NCBI GenBank assembly: GCA_965249575.1
Contig: OZ252244.1
Coordinates: 3,744,001 to 3,808,000, forward strand
From: Gemmatimonadales bacterium
GTDB lineage: Bacteria > Gemmatimonadota > Gemmatimonadetes > Gemmatimonadales > GWC2-71-9
Reading direction: 5' to 3'
Length of the DNA stretch: 64,000 nt
Positions 61,829 through 64,000 of the stretch are shown here, in pieces. Every line of letters begins with the position of its first letter. Within the stretch, counting starts at the first letter, position 1. The position numbers were made by a program, and so were the translations under genes. A model generated the notes under the pieces. The model saw only the letters and a program-made list of their open reading frames with translations. It did no database searches and was not told the origin of the DNA.

Positions 61829-61840
61829 GCTCTTTGACAA
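61829..61840 (+). promoter_or_regulatory. Spacer boxA antitermination site
   Basis: GCTCTTTGACAA in the 16S-23S spacer. Confidence 0.75.
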
Positions 61841-61946
61841 CTGATGCATGCGTGGAACGAAGTGGGAGTCGAGGAATCACTCTTCGCGGCCGCAAGGTCG
61901 GGAAGCACCGCCTCGGTCCATCGACCGGGGAGCGACTGATTTTTGA

Positions 61947-64000
<2,054 letters not shown>

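Overview
High-GC bacterial chromosomal segment, inferred to be Gemmatimonadota from 16S character and gene content (not database-checked). It is mostly core genome. Contents in order: the 3' part of an Sdh/Frd flavoprotein plus its Fe-S subunit, queD, a CIRCE-controlled groES-groEL, a HEAT-repeat/HD-GYP pair, a roadblock-manC-nucleotidyltransferase-MBL hydrolase run, serS-histidine kinase-uvrD-gatCAB, murA-pgeF, the rimP-nusA-L7Ae-infB-rbfA-truB-ribF-secDF-tatD-fhs-ridA string, lpxH, lptE, rph-rdgB, a B12 radical SAM gene between two tRNAs, mgtE, ppk1 and the start of an rRNA operon (16S, tRNA-less ITS, partial 23S). The best hidden signal is selenocysteine recoding. Two short ORFs at 6382-6915 are one AhpD/CMD-family peroxidase with an in-frame UGA in a CxxU motif followed by a SECIS-like hairpin, and a tRNA-Sec(UCA) gene sits at 42430-42526. 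Other points of interest: a putative outer-membrane beta-barrel-NlpC/P60 fusion, a shared unnamed N-terminal domain in the HEAT/HD-GYP pair, a Cys-to-Asp MurA, a frameshifted Zn-PLC-family gene, a truB lacking a canonical start, and several apparently leaderless genes. No CRISPR array, integrase or IS element was seen.
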